DNA of 34,542 bases from Octopus bimaculoides (lineage: Eukaryota), in the NCBI RefSeq assembly GCF_001194135.2, contig NC_069000.1, positions 29,752,001 to 29,786,542 of the forward strand, in the 5' to 3' direction. Made by a program: the position numbers and the translations under genes. Shown one piece after another: positions 11,065 to 22,575 of this stretch. Every line of letters starts with the position of its first letter. Position 1 is the first letter of the stretch. The notes under the pieces are model-generated. The model did no database searches and was not told the DNA's origin. It worked only from the letters and a program-made list of their open reading frames with translations.

Positions 11065-11070
11065 GCATAT
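10855..11070 (+). mobile_element. SINE family A head plus (TG)n, without the family A tail
   Basis: GTGTGGTT...GGTTCCTGGTTCAATCCCACAG...GCCTTGTGAGTGGAATTGGTAAATGG, then (TG)n. Confidence 0.7.
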
Positions 11071-11839
11071 GGGTGTGTGTAAACAGTATTCCACAATTTT
11101 TGTCCTTGGGTAGCAACTGCTATTTCCTATTTGCTTACCCTTAGAAACTATGGAAAATGGCTAATATTTCTTTCAAACTTTGCTTTTGTTACATTTATTC
11201 AAATCCTAAAGAATCTCTCCCAACACATGGCTATGATGCTCCCCACTACTCCTGCTCATGATCAGAGATGCACATATTGTCAGCCACAAAGGGACATGCT
11301 CAAGTGCTTAAGGTCAAGTAACTGACAAGTGAATCTGTGGTATTGAGCAGAATATTTGCTATTAACACATGACCATCGTCCATCTTTCTTTTCCTCATGT
11401 AATCATCTTTCTTTTTCTTCAGGACTGTCCTAAGGACTGGACATATCCTATCTCACTCTTCTATCTTTTCTCTTGTCAAAGAAAATATTTCTCCAGCGTT
11501 CGCTATTTTACCCTTGTTCTGGTCTAACGACCCTCCATGTTTGTATTTGTTCAGTTTCCTTGTATGTCTCCACTGTTCTGTTTTTATTCCTAACTTTGAC
11601 CCTCCATAAATCTCAAATTTTATTTTGGTACTTATGAGAGCAACTGTCTTTGAAGACTCATATTGTCGTTAAATGCTAGACATGAGGAGTAGATAGACAG
11701 CCGCCAACTGATGAAGGGTCATTCTTTATGTTACTTGTCCTGTTTTCCATTTGTTTCTCTCGTTGTTTGTGTATTGAACTCATTTGTTCTAATATTTCAT
11801 GTTGTTTACTGTTGGTGATGTCCTGTAGCCATATATGCA

Positions 11840-11887
<48 letters not shown>

Positions 11888-11964
11888 AACACACACACAT
11901 ATATGAATATATATATTATTTATATCATTATTTGATTGAACACCATGCATCCATTTCCAAGTAA

Positions 11965-11998
<34 letters not shown>

Positions 11999-12165
11999 TC
12001 ATCATCATCATCATCGTCGTCATCGTCATCACTTAACATCTGTTTTCCATACTGGCAAGGGTTGGAAAGTTTGACACACACACACACACACACATATGCA
12101 TATATATATTATTTATATCATTATTTGATTGAACATCATGCATCCATTTCCAAGTAAGTATATAT

Positions 12166-12255
12166 NNNNNNNNNNNNNNNNNNNNNNNNNNNNNNNNNNN
12201 NNNNNNNNNNNNNNNNNNNNNNNNNNNNNNNNNNNNNNNNNNNNNNNNNNNNNNN
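12166..12255. other. Assembly gap within (TA)n
   Basis: Run of N. Confidence 1.
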
Positions 12256-12312
<57 letters not shown>

Positions 12313-12720
12313 CATCATCATCATCATTGTCGTCATCATCACTTAACATCTGTTTTCCATGCTGGCAAGGGTTGGGAAGTTTGACCAGAGCTGGTAAGGC
12401 CGGGGACCGCACCAGACTCCATTGTTTGTTCTGGCAAGGTTTCTATGGCTGGATGCCCTTCCTAACACCAGCCACTTTATAGTGTATACTGGGTGCTTTT
12501 TCTGTGGCACCATCACCAGTGATTTTTACATGGTATCAGCACCAGTGCTTTCTATGTGACACCAGCACCAGTATCAACTCTGCTGTGGTGGATAAGTCTT
12601 CTTGAGTACACCAAGGCACCAGATATCTTGGTCCTTTGTAAGGCTTAGTGTGTTGAGATTGGCCTTCAATACTTTGTCCCTTGTCTTCTTGGGTCTCCTT
12701 CTTTTACATGTTTCATTCAC
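12313..12720 (-). mobile_element. 5'-truncated RTE-clade LINE 3' end (family B)
   Basis: (GAT)n tail on the minus strand and motif TAGGAAGGGCATCCAGCC. The minus-strand translation ETCKRRRPKKTRDKVLKANL resembles the RTE ORF2 C-terminal RGRPKKTW motif. Confidence 0.75.
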
Positions 12721-12892
12721 TTTAAGTGATCAGCACTTCTATATGCATTTGTCTATATATGTATGTATGTATGTATGTACGTATGTATGTATGCATGCAT
12801 GCATGCATACAGTATACAAATATAATCATTTCACAAAAATAACTACTAAGATTAATTAAGCTGAGTTCATAACTATTTTATTGGATTTTTAT

Positions 12893-13052
12893 AAGCAGGA
12901 GTGGCTGTGTGGTAAGTACCTTGCTTACGAACCACATGGTTCCGGGTTCAGTCCCACTGTGTGGCACCTTGGGCAAATGTCTTCTACTATAGCATCGGGC
13001 CAACCAAAGCCTTGTGAGTGGATTTGGTAGATGGAAACTGAAAGAAGCCCGT

Positions 13053-13125
<73 letters not shown>

Positions 13126-13330
13126 ATGTGTTTGTCCCCCCAACAATGCTTGACAATCGATGCTGGTGTGTTTACGTCCCTGTAACTTAGCGGTTCAGTC
13201 TAAGAGACCGATAGAATAAGTATTAGGCTTACAAAGAATATGTCCTGGGGTTGATTTGCTTGACAAAAGGCAGTGCTCCAGCATGGCCGCAGTCAAATGA
13301 CTGAAACAAATAAAAGAGTAAAAGAGTAAA
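12893..13330 (+). mobile_element. Full-length SINE family A
   Basis: GAGTGGCTGTGTGGTAAG (A box) and GGTTCAGTCCC (B box), CORE-like ACCTTGGGCAAATGTCTT, internal (TA)n(TG)n, tail ending (AAAGAGT)n. Confidence 0.9.
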
Positions 13331-13544
13331 GAGTATTAATATCATACATAAGATGTTCTGAAGACATTCAGTTTGTTTGTTTTCACAGTGAGTATATGAT
13401 ACATGTGCTGATGAAACTAATGGACCAAGGCAGACTCATGTGGACGGTAGATATTGGTGATGTCAAAAATTGTTGTAAGGAAACATCAATAAGTAAGAAT
13501 ATATTTTTTGATGACAGTAAATTGAAAGTCAAAAAAATAGTCGG

Positions 13545-13945
13545 TGAGTGGCTGTGTGGTAAGTAGCTTGCTTACCAACCACAGAGTTCCGGGTTCAGTC
13601 CCACTGCGTGGCATCATGGGCAAGTGTCTTCTACTATAGCCTCGGGCTGACCAAAGCCTTGTGAGTGGATTTGGTAGACGGAAACTGAAAGAAGTCCATC
13701 GTATATATGTATATATATATATATATATGTGTGTGTGTATGTGTTTGTGTGTCTGTGTTTGTCCCCCTAGCATTGCTTGACAACCGATGCTGGTGTGTTT
13801 ATGTCCCCATCATTTAGCGGTTCGGCAAAAGAGACTGATAGAATAAGTACTAGGCTTACAAAGAATAAGTCCCAGGGTCGATTTGCTTGACTAAAGGCGG
13901 TGCTCCAGCATGGCCGCAGTCAAATGACTGAAAAAAAAAAAAGAA
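13545..13945 (+). mobile_element. Full-length SINE family A
   Basis: Same architecture as 12893-13330 and highly similar to it. Confidence 0.9.
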
Positions 13946-14502
13946 TATTGTATATGACTGTATGACTGCATTCGAATTTGTATTATCAAAAACTTAAAAC
14001 TGGAATGTAGAGTAATATTAGAAAGCCATGGTTAATTGAGAAAATTATCATATGTGATATAATGATTCAGTATTTCATTGCTTATAAAGTTAGACTTAGA
14101 GCTGTTGCTCATATTGATTTAATTTCATTTCATAACTGTTCTGGTAACATGCCTATGAAGCATGGTTGGTTGGCTTGCAGTAGTAAAGAGGCAGATAATT
14201 TTGGCAGATTTTGTTCAAAAGTAGAACAAACTTGACTGAAAGTATTGCATTTAGTGAAAATTGTTTTGTTTTCTATTCAATGTATAGGATATGGTTGTCT
14301 GCTACATCACTTTTATTTTATACCAGATATCAAGGACATTGTAAAATGACTGTTTCAAACAAGTTTATTGCTCTCTCTCTCTCTCTCTCTCACTTTGGTA
14401 ACTTTCCTGGACCAATGCAACTCTTCCATACCAGATGTTCTGATCTTTTATAGTCTTCACATCTTCATGGAAGACACTGGGTCTTCCACAAGTTGATCAA
14501 TA

Positions 14503-14800
14503 TCATCATCATCAACGTTTAATGTCCGTTTTCCATGCTGGCATGGGTTGGATGACTTGTCAGTAACTGGCAAGGCCAGGGCCCCACACCAGGTCCCACA
14601 GAGTTTTGGCTTGATTTTTATTGGTGGATGCCTTTCTAATTCCAACCACTTTACAGAGCGTACTGGTGCTTTTTATGTGGCACCATCACCAGAGCTTTTT
14701 CCATGGCACCAGCACCCACATCAATACTTTTTATGTGGTGCCTTGCTTCATAAGCTCTTTTTGGTCAGCCAATATTTGTATGTCCATGTGTGGATTTCAA
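14503..14800 (-). mobile_element. RTE-type 3' end (family B)
   Basis: (CAT)n CAACGTTTAATGTCCGTTTTCCATGCTGGCATGGGTTGG...GGATGCCTTTCTAAT, with internal TTTTATGTGGCACCA repeats. Confidence 0.8.
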
Positions 14801-14849
14801 GAGAATGAGATTGTTGGCTATTTCATCCTTGCTTCTCTAGAAATGTCCT

Positions 14850-15090
14850 CATATACATATATATGTCTATATGTTTGTGTGTCTGAGTTTGTCCCCCCAA
14901 CATCGTTTGACAACTGATGCTAGTGTGTTTATGTCCCCGTAACTTAGTGGTTCGGCAAAAGAGACCAATAGATAAGTACTAGGCTTACAAAGAATAAGTC
15001 CTAGGGGTTAATTTGCTTGACTAAAGGTGATGCCCCAGCATGGCCGCAGTCAAATGACTGAAACGAGTTAAAGAATAAAAGAAAAGAATA
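14850..15090 (+). mobile_element. SINE family A 3' module without head
   Basis: TTTGTCCCCCCAACATCGTTTGACAAC...CCAGCATGGCCGCAGTCAAATGACTGAAAC. Confidence 0.8.
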
Positions 15091-16348
15091 TGTTCTTCTT
15101 TCTCTGATTACTGAAGTAATGGTAGGAAGACAGTTCTTGTCCACTCTGATAAATGTCTGTGCTTTGAGCATGGTACATCTATATGGAAAGACCTCACCAC
15201 AGTATTCAGTGCTCTAATTACACATCCACATTTAGTAGGATATAAAGACTGCCTTTGGTTTTAATACTGCTTCCATAGCTAATATTTTTTAGAATAAGCC
15301 TGCTGGGTATTTACAACACCAGCCACTGTTATTCTATATATCATTGGCAGCAAGATTTGGCTGGTATATAGGTCTAGACACCTGCAACTGAGGAAGCATT
15401 GCATGCTGAAATCACATGATTTAGCATTTCTGGTGCTCATGCCAAACAGTTCTCATCTGTTATGATATATATCTGTGCTTTTAGCATCATGTATCTATAT
15501 CAGAGGACCTCTCAGGGAAAATAGCACAATATTTGGCACTCTGATAATACATTCACATTTAGTAGGATATAAAGAATTGGTTGCTCTTTCTAAATCAATT
15601 TAGTCTTTGTATTCACCTCTCTACTCTTTTGTCTTTATTATACTTTTGGGGGAAATTCTTGTCCTTTGTTCACACCCACTGATTCTTTTCCCCAATTCTC
15701 TTCTCTCTGTTACCAGTTTGTCTTCACATCTCCTGCTTCCTCTTTCCATCTGATACAGCTGATTTATTTTCAATGCAACTGATACACTTCACAATGTTTA
15801 TTCTTATACTCTGATAATATCTCTTTATTCTTTTCTTGCTCATCCCCAGTCTACTATAATTAATGAGTTTCTTTTGCAACTTGTCTGGCTAATCACTTTC
15901 TCTGTTTCAATTTTATAGCCACTGTTTATATCTTGTACTGATAGTTGACATAATAACTGACTCACCTTTTGTGACCCCATTTCTCTTCCCTCCCTTCCTA
16001 CCTTTATACCTATCACTATAACATCTCTTCTACTTCTTTCTTATGTTCTAATTTATAGAACTTACATCTATATATGTTGTCTCTCCCAAGCTGGTTCCTC
16101 AGCTCAGTTCTTCATGGTGTTATCAAAATCCACGCTTGTTGATACATTTCTTTTGCTTTTATGCATACCTACAGTATCAACACAGTATTGGACTTCCTTG
16201 CATAATATGCATGATTATATCAATCAATCATTGATTATTTGAAACAGCTGTAAAGATAATATTTGATTATATCATGTAATTTATATATCCAACATTTTAT
16301 ATAAACACATTCCTTAAGCTTATTTTGTTCATCTGTATTTCTGATTGT

Positions 16349-16391
<43 letters not shown>

Positions 16392-16700
16392 TATAGGTAC
16401 AGCATGTTCGAGTGTTAAAGAAACTTGTTTCACAATCGTAAGTCCCTAATTCTGATCACAAGGTATGGCATCATGTGAAAATGTCATTTTCTATACCCAT
16501 GGGTTGACCCTTACTGTGTGAGTGAAATTGTATGGAAGCCCAATGGATGGATTGTACATGTAATTCAAAAGTACAATCATGCTGATTCTGCCTGAGAATT
16601 ATGCTAAGGGTGTATGTATCTGTAGAATGCTTATCCAGTCACACATTAATTCTATGAGTAGGTAATCCGGGTGATCAAACGACTGAATCCTCATGGAAAC
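16392..16700 (+). mobile_element. Old chimeric SINE: family A-like head plus family C tail
   Basis: Degraded head (...TGTGTGAGTGAAATTGTATGGAAGCCC) followed by CCTGAGAATTATGCTAAGGGTGTATGTATCTGTAGAATGCT, matching the family C tail. Confidence 0.55.
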
Positions 16701-16791
16701 AGACAGATAACCGTAGGTATGAATGAATGACTACAACTGCAAAGTTACATCAGTGACTCTTGGTTCTTAACTTACTGCTATAGTTTCTCAG

Positions 16792-16898
16792 CTGTAATAC
16801 AATAACATATGCATTCCATGAAAGAGAGCAAGTACAATGGACAGCAACGGCGGATATTTCCATATTCCCCAAGCTTGAAGACAAACCATTGTGGAAAG
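16792..16898 (+). CDS. Candidate internal exon of an unidentified host gene (strand ambiguous)
   Basis: Plus strand: TAGTTTCTCAG acceptor, AAG|GTAGTT donor and one open frame (CNTITYAFHEREQVQWTATADISIFPKLEDKPLWK). The in-register antisense frame is also open, with an acceptor at 16918-16920 (GTNTLTTFPQWFVFKLGEYGNIRR). Confidence 0.35.
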
Positions 16899-17149
16899 GT
16901 AGTTAATGTGTTGGTTCCTGTTATGAAAGGAGTAATCAATATGGTGATCTTTCAATGTTTTGTTTAGTAAAACATCCCATAACAGTCATATATTATTACA
17001 CTGTTATTGGTTTTTTTAATGAACAAAGGTGTGACTGGTAGAAACCTGTTCAGCTGTTGTTGTTAACTGGTTATCTATCTTCATATAAAGGCAGGAAATA
17101 CTAATTGTAATCAGTTATCTCCTTAATGAGTTTATTGCTGTTTTGTTCC

Positions 17150-18680
17150 AAGTCAGCCCCAGTCAAGCAGGTCTGTGATTGAAAGACATTTCAGTCATGA
17201 CCATCTTGCTTTCTTTCAGCCAATGTAAATAGAACTGAAAACACTTTTAACATTAGGGTGTGAATTTAAGGATATTTGACTGCTGTCTCAAGCAATTCGA
17301 GTGACCATGTAAAGGTTCCTTGTTTAGCACAAGTGCACCCTGATCGAGCAAGCTTATGATCAAAAGCAAACCAGCCATGACCATCCCACCCATTAAAAAC
17401 AATTTACAATTATGGTCTGTCTATATTATCTCAACTTGCTCTATTTTTAAGATGGTAGTTCATAGGAAAGCAATTTGGTGGCTGTTTCTAGTCAAGCAAC
17501 TACAAAGAAGCCCACTCTGCCTCTTGTGGTTGTTGTTTAGCCCCAGACCAGCTATAATCTAGCAGATCTATGATCAAACTGTAATCATTCCGACTACATC
17601 TATGACATATTTGTCCTTCCCTTTTAAGAAAATAAGGTCTAATGGCATTTATGTCTAACAGGCCAAGTGAATAGGTAGAAGTTTCGTTGTTGGTTCCTTG
17701 TTCATGTTTTCAGTGGTGTTGGTGGTGGTAATAGTGTGTGTATATTTAGTACTGCTGTTACAGTTTTGTTGATCTTAGTATTAGTTATTAAGACCCATTT
17801 GAGTCTAACCTCTGATCAAAGGCATTATAGCTGTGACTGTCCCTACTTTATTTCAGATAGTAGTAGTAATAATAGTGGTGGTGGTGGTGGTTAATGATAG
17901 TTGTAGAAATAGGTGATGGTAGTGCAATATATTGATGCTGTATTGGTTTAGTGTAGTGGTGAAAGGCAGAGTTGCAGTGTATGTTCCTACCCTGCGATCT
18001 CAATTCAAATTCCACTAATGCCAACTTTGCCAATTATTTCTTCGGGGTTGATTAATATAAGTATCTGTCAAATACTAGTTTCAAGTTTCCCTCCATCTCT
18101 GAATCCCTATTTAAAGGAGCCAAAAAATGAGCCTTCACATTGCGGGCCCTACTAACTCTTTCATCACCATTCTGTGGGTACCACATCAAAGATCATAGTT
18201 GTAGGTTTGTACCATGGTGAGTTGGATGGGGAGATGTTTAAGGACATGGTTGTGGTCTGTGTTGAACTTATTATCTGGTACTACATGATTTTTGTTTTCA
18301 GTCAGTGGAAATATTGTTGTGTTGTGGTTGCATGGGTGTCGTCACTCACACTTTTACTAAAAGATGTTGGATACATTATAAAAGTTTCCAGAATAAAAGA
18401 GAACTCAGGAAGGCAACATTTACTTACGAGATTCATGTCTCTTTCATAGAGCCATCCACTTCGAAATTGGATGTAATACATTTAAAATGGTGTTGCTGTC
18501 GCTGTTGTTGCTGTGTCTAACCTCAGAGTGGCATTGACAAAGAAAGCCTATGTTCAAAGGCATTCCAGCCTTTCCATATGTACACTGAAGTAGTCTCTTT
18601 TCAAAACACTAAGATATGATTTAAGAGATTTGGTTGCTATTACATTCTGGTCGAGCGACTACATAAATATTATCTTATTG
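17150..18680 (+). repeat. Cluster of an old two-module dispersed repeat (family F)
   Basis: Repeated TATGATCAAAGGCATTCCAGCCATGACCATCC-like and GGTGTGATTTGAGGGAGATTTGGCTGCTATTTCTAG-like modules. Also at 30520-31240, at 32275-32715 and reversed at about 21120-21155. Confidence 0.6.
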
Positions 18681-19021
18681 GCTTGTAAAACTGGGGTGAT
18701 ATGAGGAGGTAACAGTTAGCTAGAACGAATGAGAGGGTTTTTCTCTAGGAAAACAATTTGGTTAAACTTAATCATAATGATGTAGACAAAAGCTGTGAAG
18801 ATGCAGTGACCATGATGGTCACTAAGAAGAATGTGTTTCTTCTACCAGAAATGGAGAAGCATTCACATCATAGTTTTAAAACATATACAATGAGACTAAA
18901 TTAGTGGATCGAGTCCATCTGATGTCAGTATCTGCTCGATAAAGGTTTCTGAATGTTCTTGTATCTAGTGTGCAAGTATGTGTTGAGACTAGGATGAGTG
19001 ACGATTTCTCAATGATCAGAT

Positions 19022-19616
19022 ATCATCATCATCATCGTTTAACGTCTGCTTTCCATGCTGGCATGGGTTGGAAGATTTGACTGAAGACTGGCGAACCAGA
19101 CGGCTGCACCAGGCTCCAATCTGATCTGGCAGAGTTTCTACAGCTGGATGCCCTTCCTAATGCCAACCACTCTGAGAGTGTAGTGGTTGCTTTTACGTGC
19201 CACCAGCACGAGGGCCAGTCTGGTGGTACTGGCAATGGCCACACTCAAATGTTGTTTTTTATGTGCCACCTGCACAGGANNNNNNNNNNNNNNNNNNNNN
19301 NNNNNNNNNNNNNNNNNNNNNNNNNNNNNNNNNNNNNNNNNNNNNNNNNNNNNNNNNNNNNNNNNNNNNNNNNNNNNNNNNNNNNNNNNNNNNTTTTACG
19401 TGCCACCGGCACAGAAGCCAGACATCTGTTCTGGCAGTGATCCCGCTCAGATGGTGCTGTTAGCGCTCCACTGGCATGGGTGCCAGTCATCGAATTTGGT
19501 TCAATTTCGAATTCGATTTCACTTGCCTCAACAGGTCTTCACAAGCAGAGTTTTGTGTCCAAAGAAGGAAAGGTACGCATAAGTGGGCTGGCTACACCCC
19601 TGGTAAAGGCCACGGG

Positions 19617-19620
<4 letters not shown>
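19022..19620 (-). mobile_element. RTE-tailed element (family B) with internal tandem repeats
   Basis: (CAT)n CGTTTAACGTCTGCTTTCCATGCTGGCATGGG...CAGCTGGATGCCCTTCCTAATGCC. The gap falls in the internal TTTTACGTGCCACC repeats. Confidence 0.85.
19280..19393. other. Assembly gap
   Basis: Run of N. Confidence 1.
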
Positions 19621-19655
<35 letters not shown>

Positions 19656-19699
19656 TTATGACTGTCCTTTGTCAAAAACATGACTTCCTGAAGCTGATC

Positions 19700-20410
19700 T
19701 TATAGATAAAGCAGCAGTTTTGGGTTAAGCATGTTTACCTGGCAGCTGAAATGCTTAGGAATTCACAACCTCCAACTAGTTTATCAATACAGTTGGATGT
19801 CCACCTTGACAACAACAATGAAGAAGTCTTTATGCAGTTGCCAACCAGTTCAAAAGAGCAGCAAAACTCCTTCAAATTCCATTCTACAGTCTCAGAAGTA
19901 AGAGTCATTTTACATGAATGAAACAGATTTTAGTTAATTGTCGGAAAATTAGTTCTGAGGCAAGCTGCTCATGCAGAAATAATGACTATTTAATACGGAG
20001 ATTGTTGATATGAAATAGAGGTTTTATTCAAGCACTCCCACAGGAAGCGTATTGGTATGTGGTAGTGATAGAACAAGTGCAACGGAATGTCGGAGAGACT
20101 GAAAACTCTTTCAAGATCATGAACAACCACAAGTCTTTGTTTATGGTCCAGAATAGTTTTAAAACTTCATAACATTAGCCAGACACATATGGCTTTTGAA
20201 TAAAAGTACAGTATCAACTGGATATTGACTGAAAAATGCAGGCTGTATTTTAACAGCAGCAAAATGTACAAATTCTATTTAGCAGGGAAATGAGTAGTCC
20301 TGAAGAAGCCTCTTTATCTGGATATTTTCCTCAACTCTATTGAAAACTTTCACGCTTTGACCTCATGAAGTAATTGCATACTGAAAAACTTACTGAGCTC
20401 CCCCTAACAG
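19700..20410 (+). pseudogene. Degraded Penelope-like element, RT linker plus GIY-YIG endonuclease
   Basis: Frame-hopping translation: MKQILVNCRKI, SCSCRNND, NVGETENSFKIMNNHKSLF, TLARHIWLL, YSINWILTEKCRLYFNSSKMYKFYLAGK. These match PLE C-terminal motifs (YIGxTExxFKxRxNNHKxSF; TxLSxHIWxL; YxIxWxI) in the correct order. Confidence 0.6.
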
Positions 20411-20662
20411 CTACACACACACAGATATACTAGACCACATACGAAAAGAGTCACGTGACTATTCATCATAAAATCACTTGTGGACACGTTCCTATGTTTT
20501 GTCTATAGGCATGCTATCTCTGCCCTTTTTTACCGCCACTATAATGATTCGTGCTGCTTAGAGGTGGCTAGACTTATTCAACTACCTCTCAAGCATTCTC
20601 GAACTACTTGTCACTCATTTCATCATCCATGTTGTTTCCAACACCCAAAGTCCTGCACTTAC

Positions 20663-20792
20663 TACTATGGTGTCCTTCACAGAAGGTTGGCTTTTAGGAA
20701 TGCCTTCCTTGTACATATCTCGTCTGCAGTTGTCGACTTCCAACAATTTAAATGGAATGCTTTTGATATCATAGTCACTCATCTGGGAGAAC
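20663..20792 (-). CDS. Candidate 130-nt exon of an unidentified minus-strand gene
   Basis: TTTTGCAG acceptor, GTA|GTAAGT donor and an open frame FSQMSDYDIKSIPFKLLEVDNCRRDMYKEGIPKSQPSVKDTIV. Unique sequence, phase-compatible with 22576-22611. Confidence 0.4.
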
Positions 20793-21414
20793 CTGCAAAA
20801 GCCATGGGCACTGCTCTTTCATTCAGAAAAGTCAATCGTTTGGAGGTTAAGACATCGCTAAGGATGCACTCTACTTTCTTGTCTTGGGGATTTTCAGATT
20901 AAATATTAGGAATAATTATATAAAAAAATTTTTTTTTAATAATTGACTTTGAACACAAGTCGTAGTTTAATGGCTCAAAGCAGTACTATATTAGCTTTAG
21001 TTTAGAAATAAGAGTTCCTAATTCGAATCCAGTCAGTCTTATAGAAAGAGGGATACATGAGACTAATGTGGTCCTAAATATATTGTTCATGTAAAAAAAA
21101 AGAAAAAAGAAAGAACAAGACAGGATGATCTCATCTGGAATGCCTTTGATCAACTGTGTTAGAATCGAGTCATTAAATACAGTTAATTCATCATTGTAAG
21201 TTAACGAAAATACAACCACGAAAGATTAAATATATACGAGATTAAATACATCGTTATTAATTTTGCAGCATGATTAATTGTATGGTTATTAAACATATAT
21301 GACAACACACTTTTTTGATCACCCGTACTGTATTGATAGCCTAGTAATCCTTTTTATTGATCATTCAAACTGCTTTCATACTCTGGTAATCATTGACTTC
21401 TAATACTTTACCTT

Positions 21415-21581
21415 TTATCGTTTTACTCGTTTCACTCAGTAGACTGTGCCTATGCTGGGGCACCGTCTTGAATTTTTAGTTCAATGAATTGATCCCAGCA
21501 CTTATTTTATCAGTCTCTTTTGTCAAACTGCCAAGTTACAGGGATGCAAACACACCAGCACTAGTTGTCAACCGGTGGTCT

Positions 21582-21614
<33 letters not shown>

Positions 21615-21760
21615 GACGGGCTTCTTTCAGTTTCTGTCTAGCAAATCACAAGGGTTTGGCCAGCCCAAGGCTATAGTAGAATACACTTGCCCAAAGTACC
21701 ATGCAGTGGAACTGAACCCTGAACCCTGTGGTTGGGAAGTGAGCTTCTTACCACACACAC
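21415..21760 (-). mobile_element. Full-length SINE family A
   Basis: Reverse-complement tail, (CA)n(TA)n and head. Confidence 0.85.
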
Positions 21761-21837
21761 ACACCTATTTTGTGTGAGATTTTGTTTTTATAGAGGGGTT
21801 CTGTCGGTTAAATCTACCCTGGTATTCAACTTGTATC

Positions 21838-22165
21838 TTTTATCTCTTACTTGTTTCAGTCATTTGACTACGGACATGCTTGGGCACCTTCTTGATGAAT
21901 TTTTTAGTAGAACAAATCGACCCCAGTACTTATTTTATCAGTTATTTTTTGTCGAACCGCTAAGTCACGAGGACGTTAACACACCAACACTGGTTGTCAA
22001 GCGGTGGTGGTGATGGGCAAACACACACACACACGATGGGCTTCTTTCAGCTTTCGTCTACCAAATTCATTCACAAGGTTTTAAGTTGGACCGAGGCCAA
22101 GGTGCCACTCAGTGGGACTGAACCCGGAACCATGTGGTTGGGAAGCAAGCTTCTTACCACAGGAC
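21838..22165 (-). mobile_element. SINE family A with a small internal deletion
   Basis: Reverse-complement tail, (CA)n and head to GGAAGCAAGCTTCTTACCACA. Confidence 0.85.
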
Positions 22166-22189
22166 CAAGCCGTGGACCAAGAATAACTG

Positions 22190-22285
22190 AAAGGCAAGAT
22201 TTGAACACAGAACGTACGTAAAGAACCGAAGCTAAATACAACAGGATATTTCTTATGAAGCGCTACTAATTCTAACAAGCACGCT
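22190..22285 (-). mobile_element. Degraded SINE family D fragment
   Basis: GATTTGAACACAGAACGTA...CTAATTCTAACAAGCACGC resembles the reverse complement of the family D head. Confidence 0.5.
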
Positions 22286-22575
22286 TGATGCTCTACTAAT
22301 TATTAAAAGTAGGACAAACTCATTTGTCAAGTTGAATTCACTGTGAAGGAAAACCAGGCAATTTTTTTCTGCCTGTTTGTATATAGTACTTGCAGTATTA
22401 TGATGGACTAAGCTAAAAAATCAAATGACATATAATATTCTCGTCCCAAAGGACTTTGACACACTAAGTAATTAAAGAACTCTGTACATGTGTGAGTAGA
22501 GGGGATATAACAGGAAATTTTGCTACGATGCAATTTACTAGTTTTTCTTGGCCAAATCAGCTTAGTGCTATTCAC

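Noticed and set aside
11640-11760. Hammerhead ribozyme at CTGATGA (about 11706)
   Set aside because: No GAAA core with a closing stem II could be found, although the region may be a retroelement end.
15580-16110. Pyrimidine-rich tract as a LINE remnant (also 6630-7480)
   Set aside because: The composition is suggestive, but no convincing endonuclease or RT motif could be read in any frame.
20480-20902. 140-aa plus-strand ORF
   Set aside because: No recognisable domain; probably the antisense shadow of the minus-strand candidate exon. A THAP-like AVP motif in another minus frame lacked the C2CH residues.
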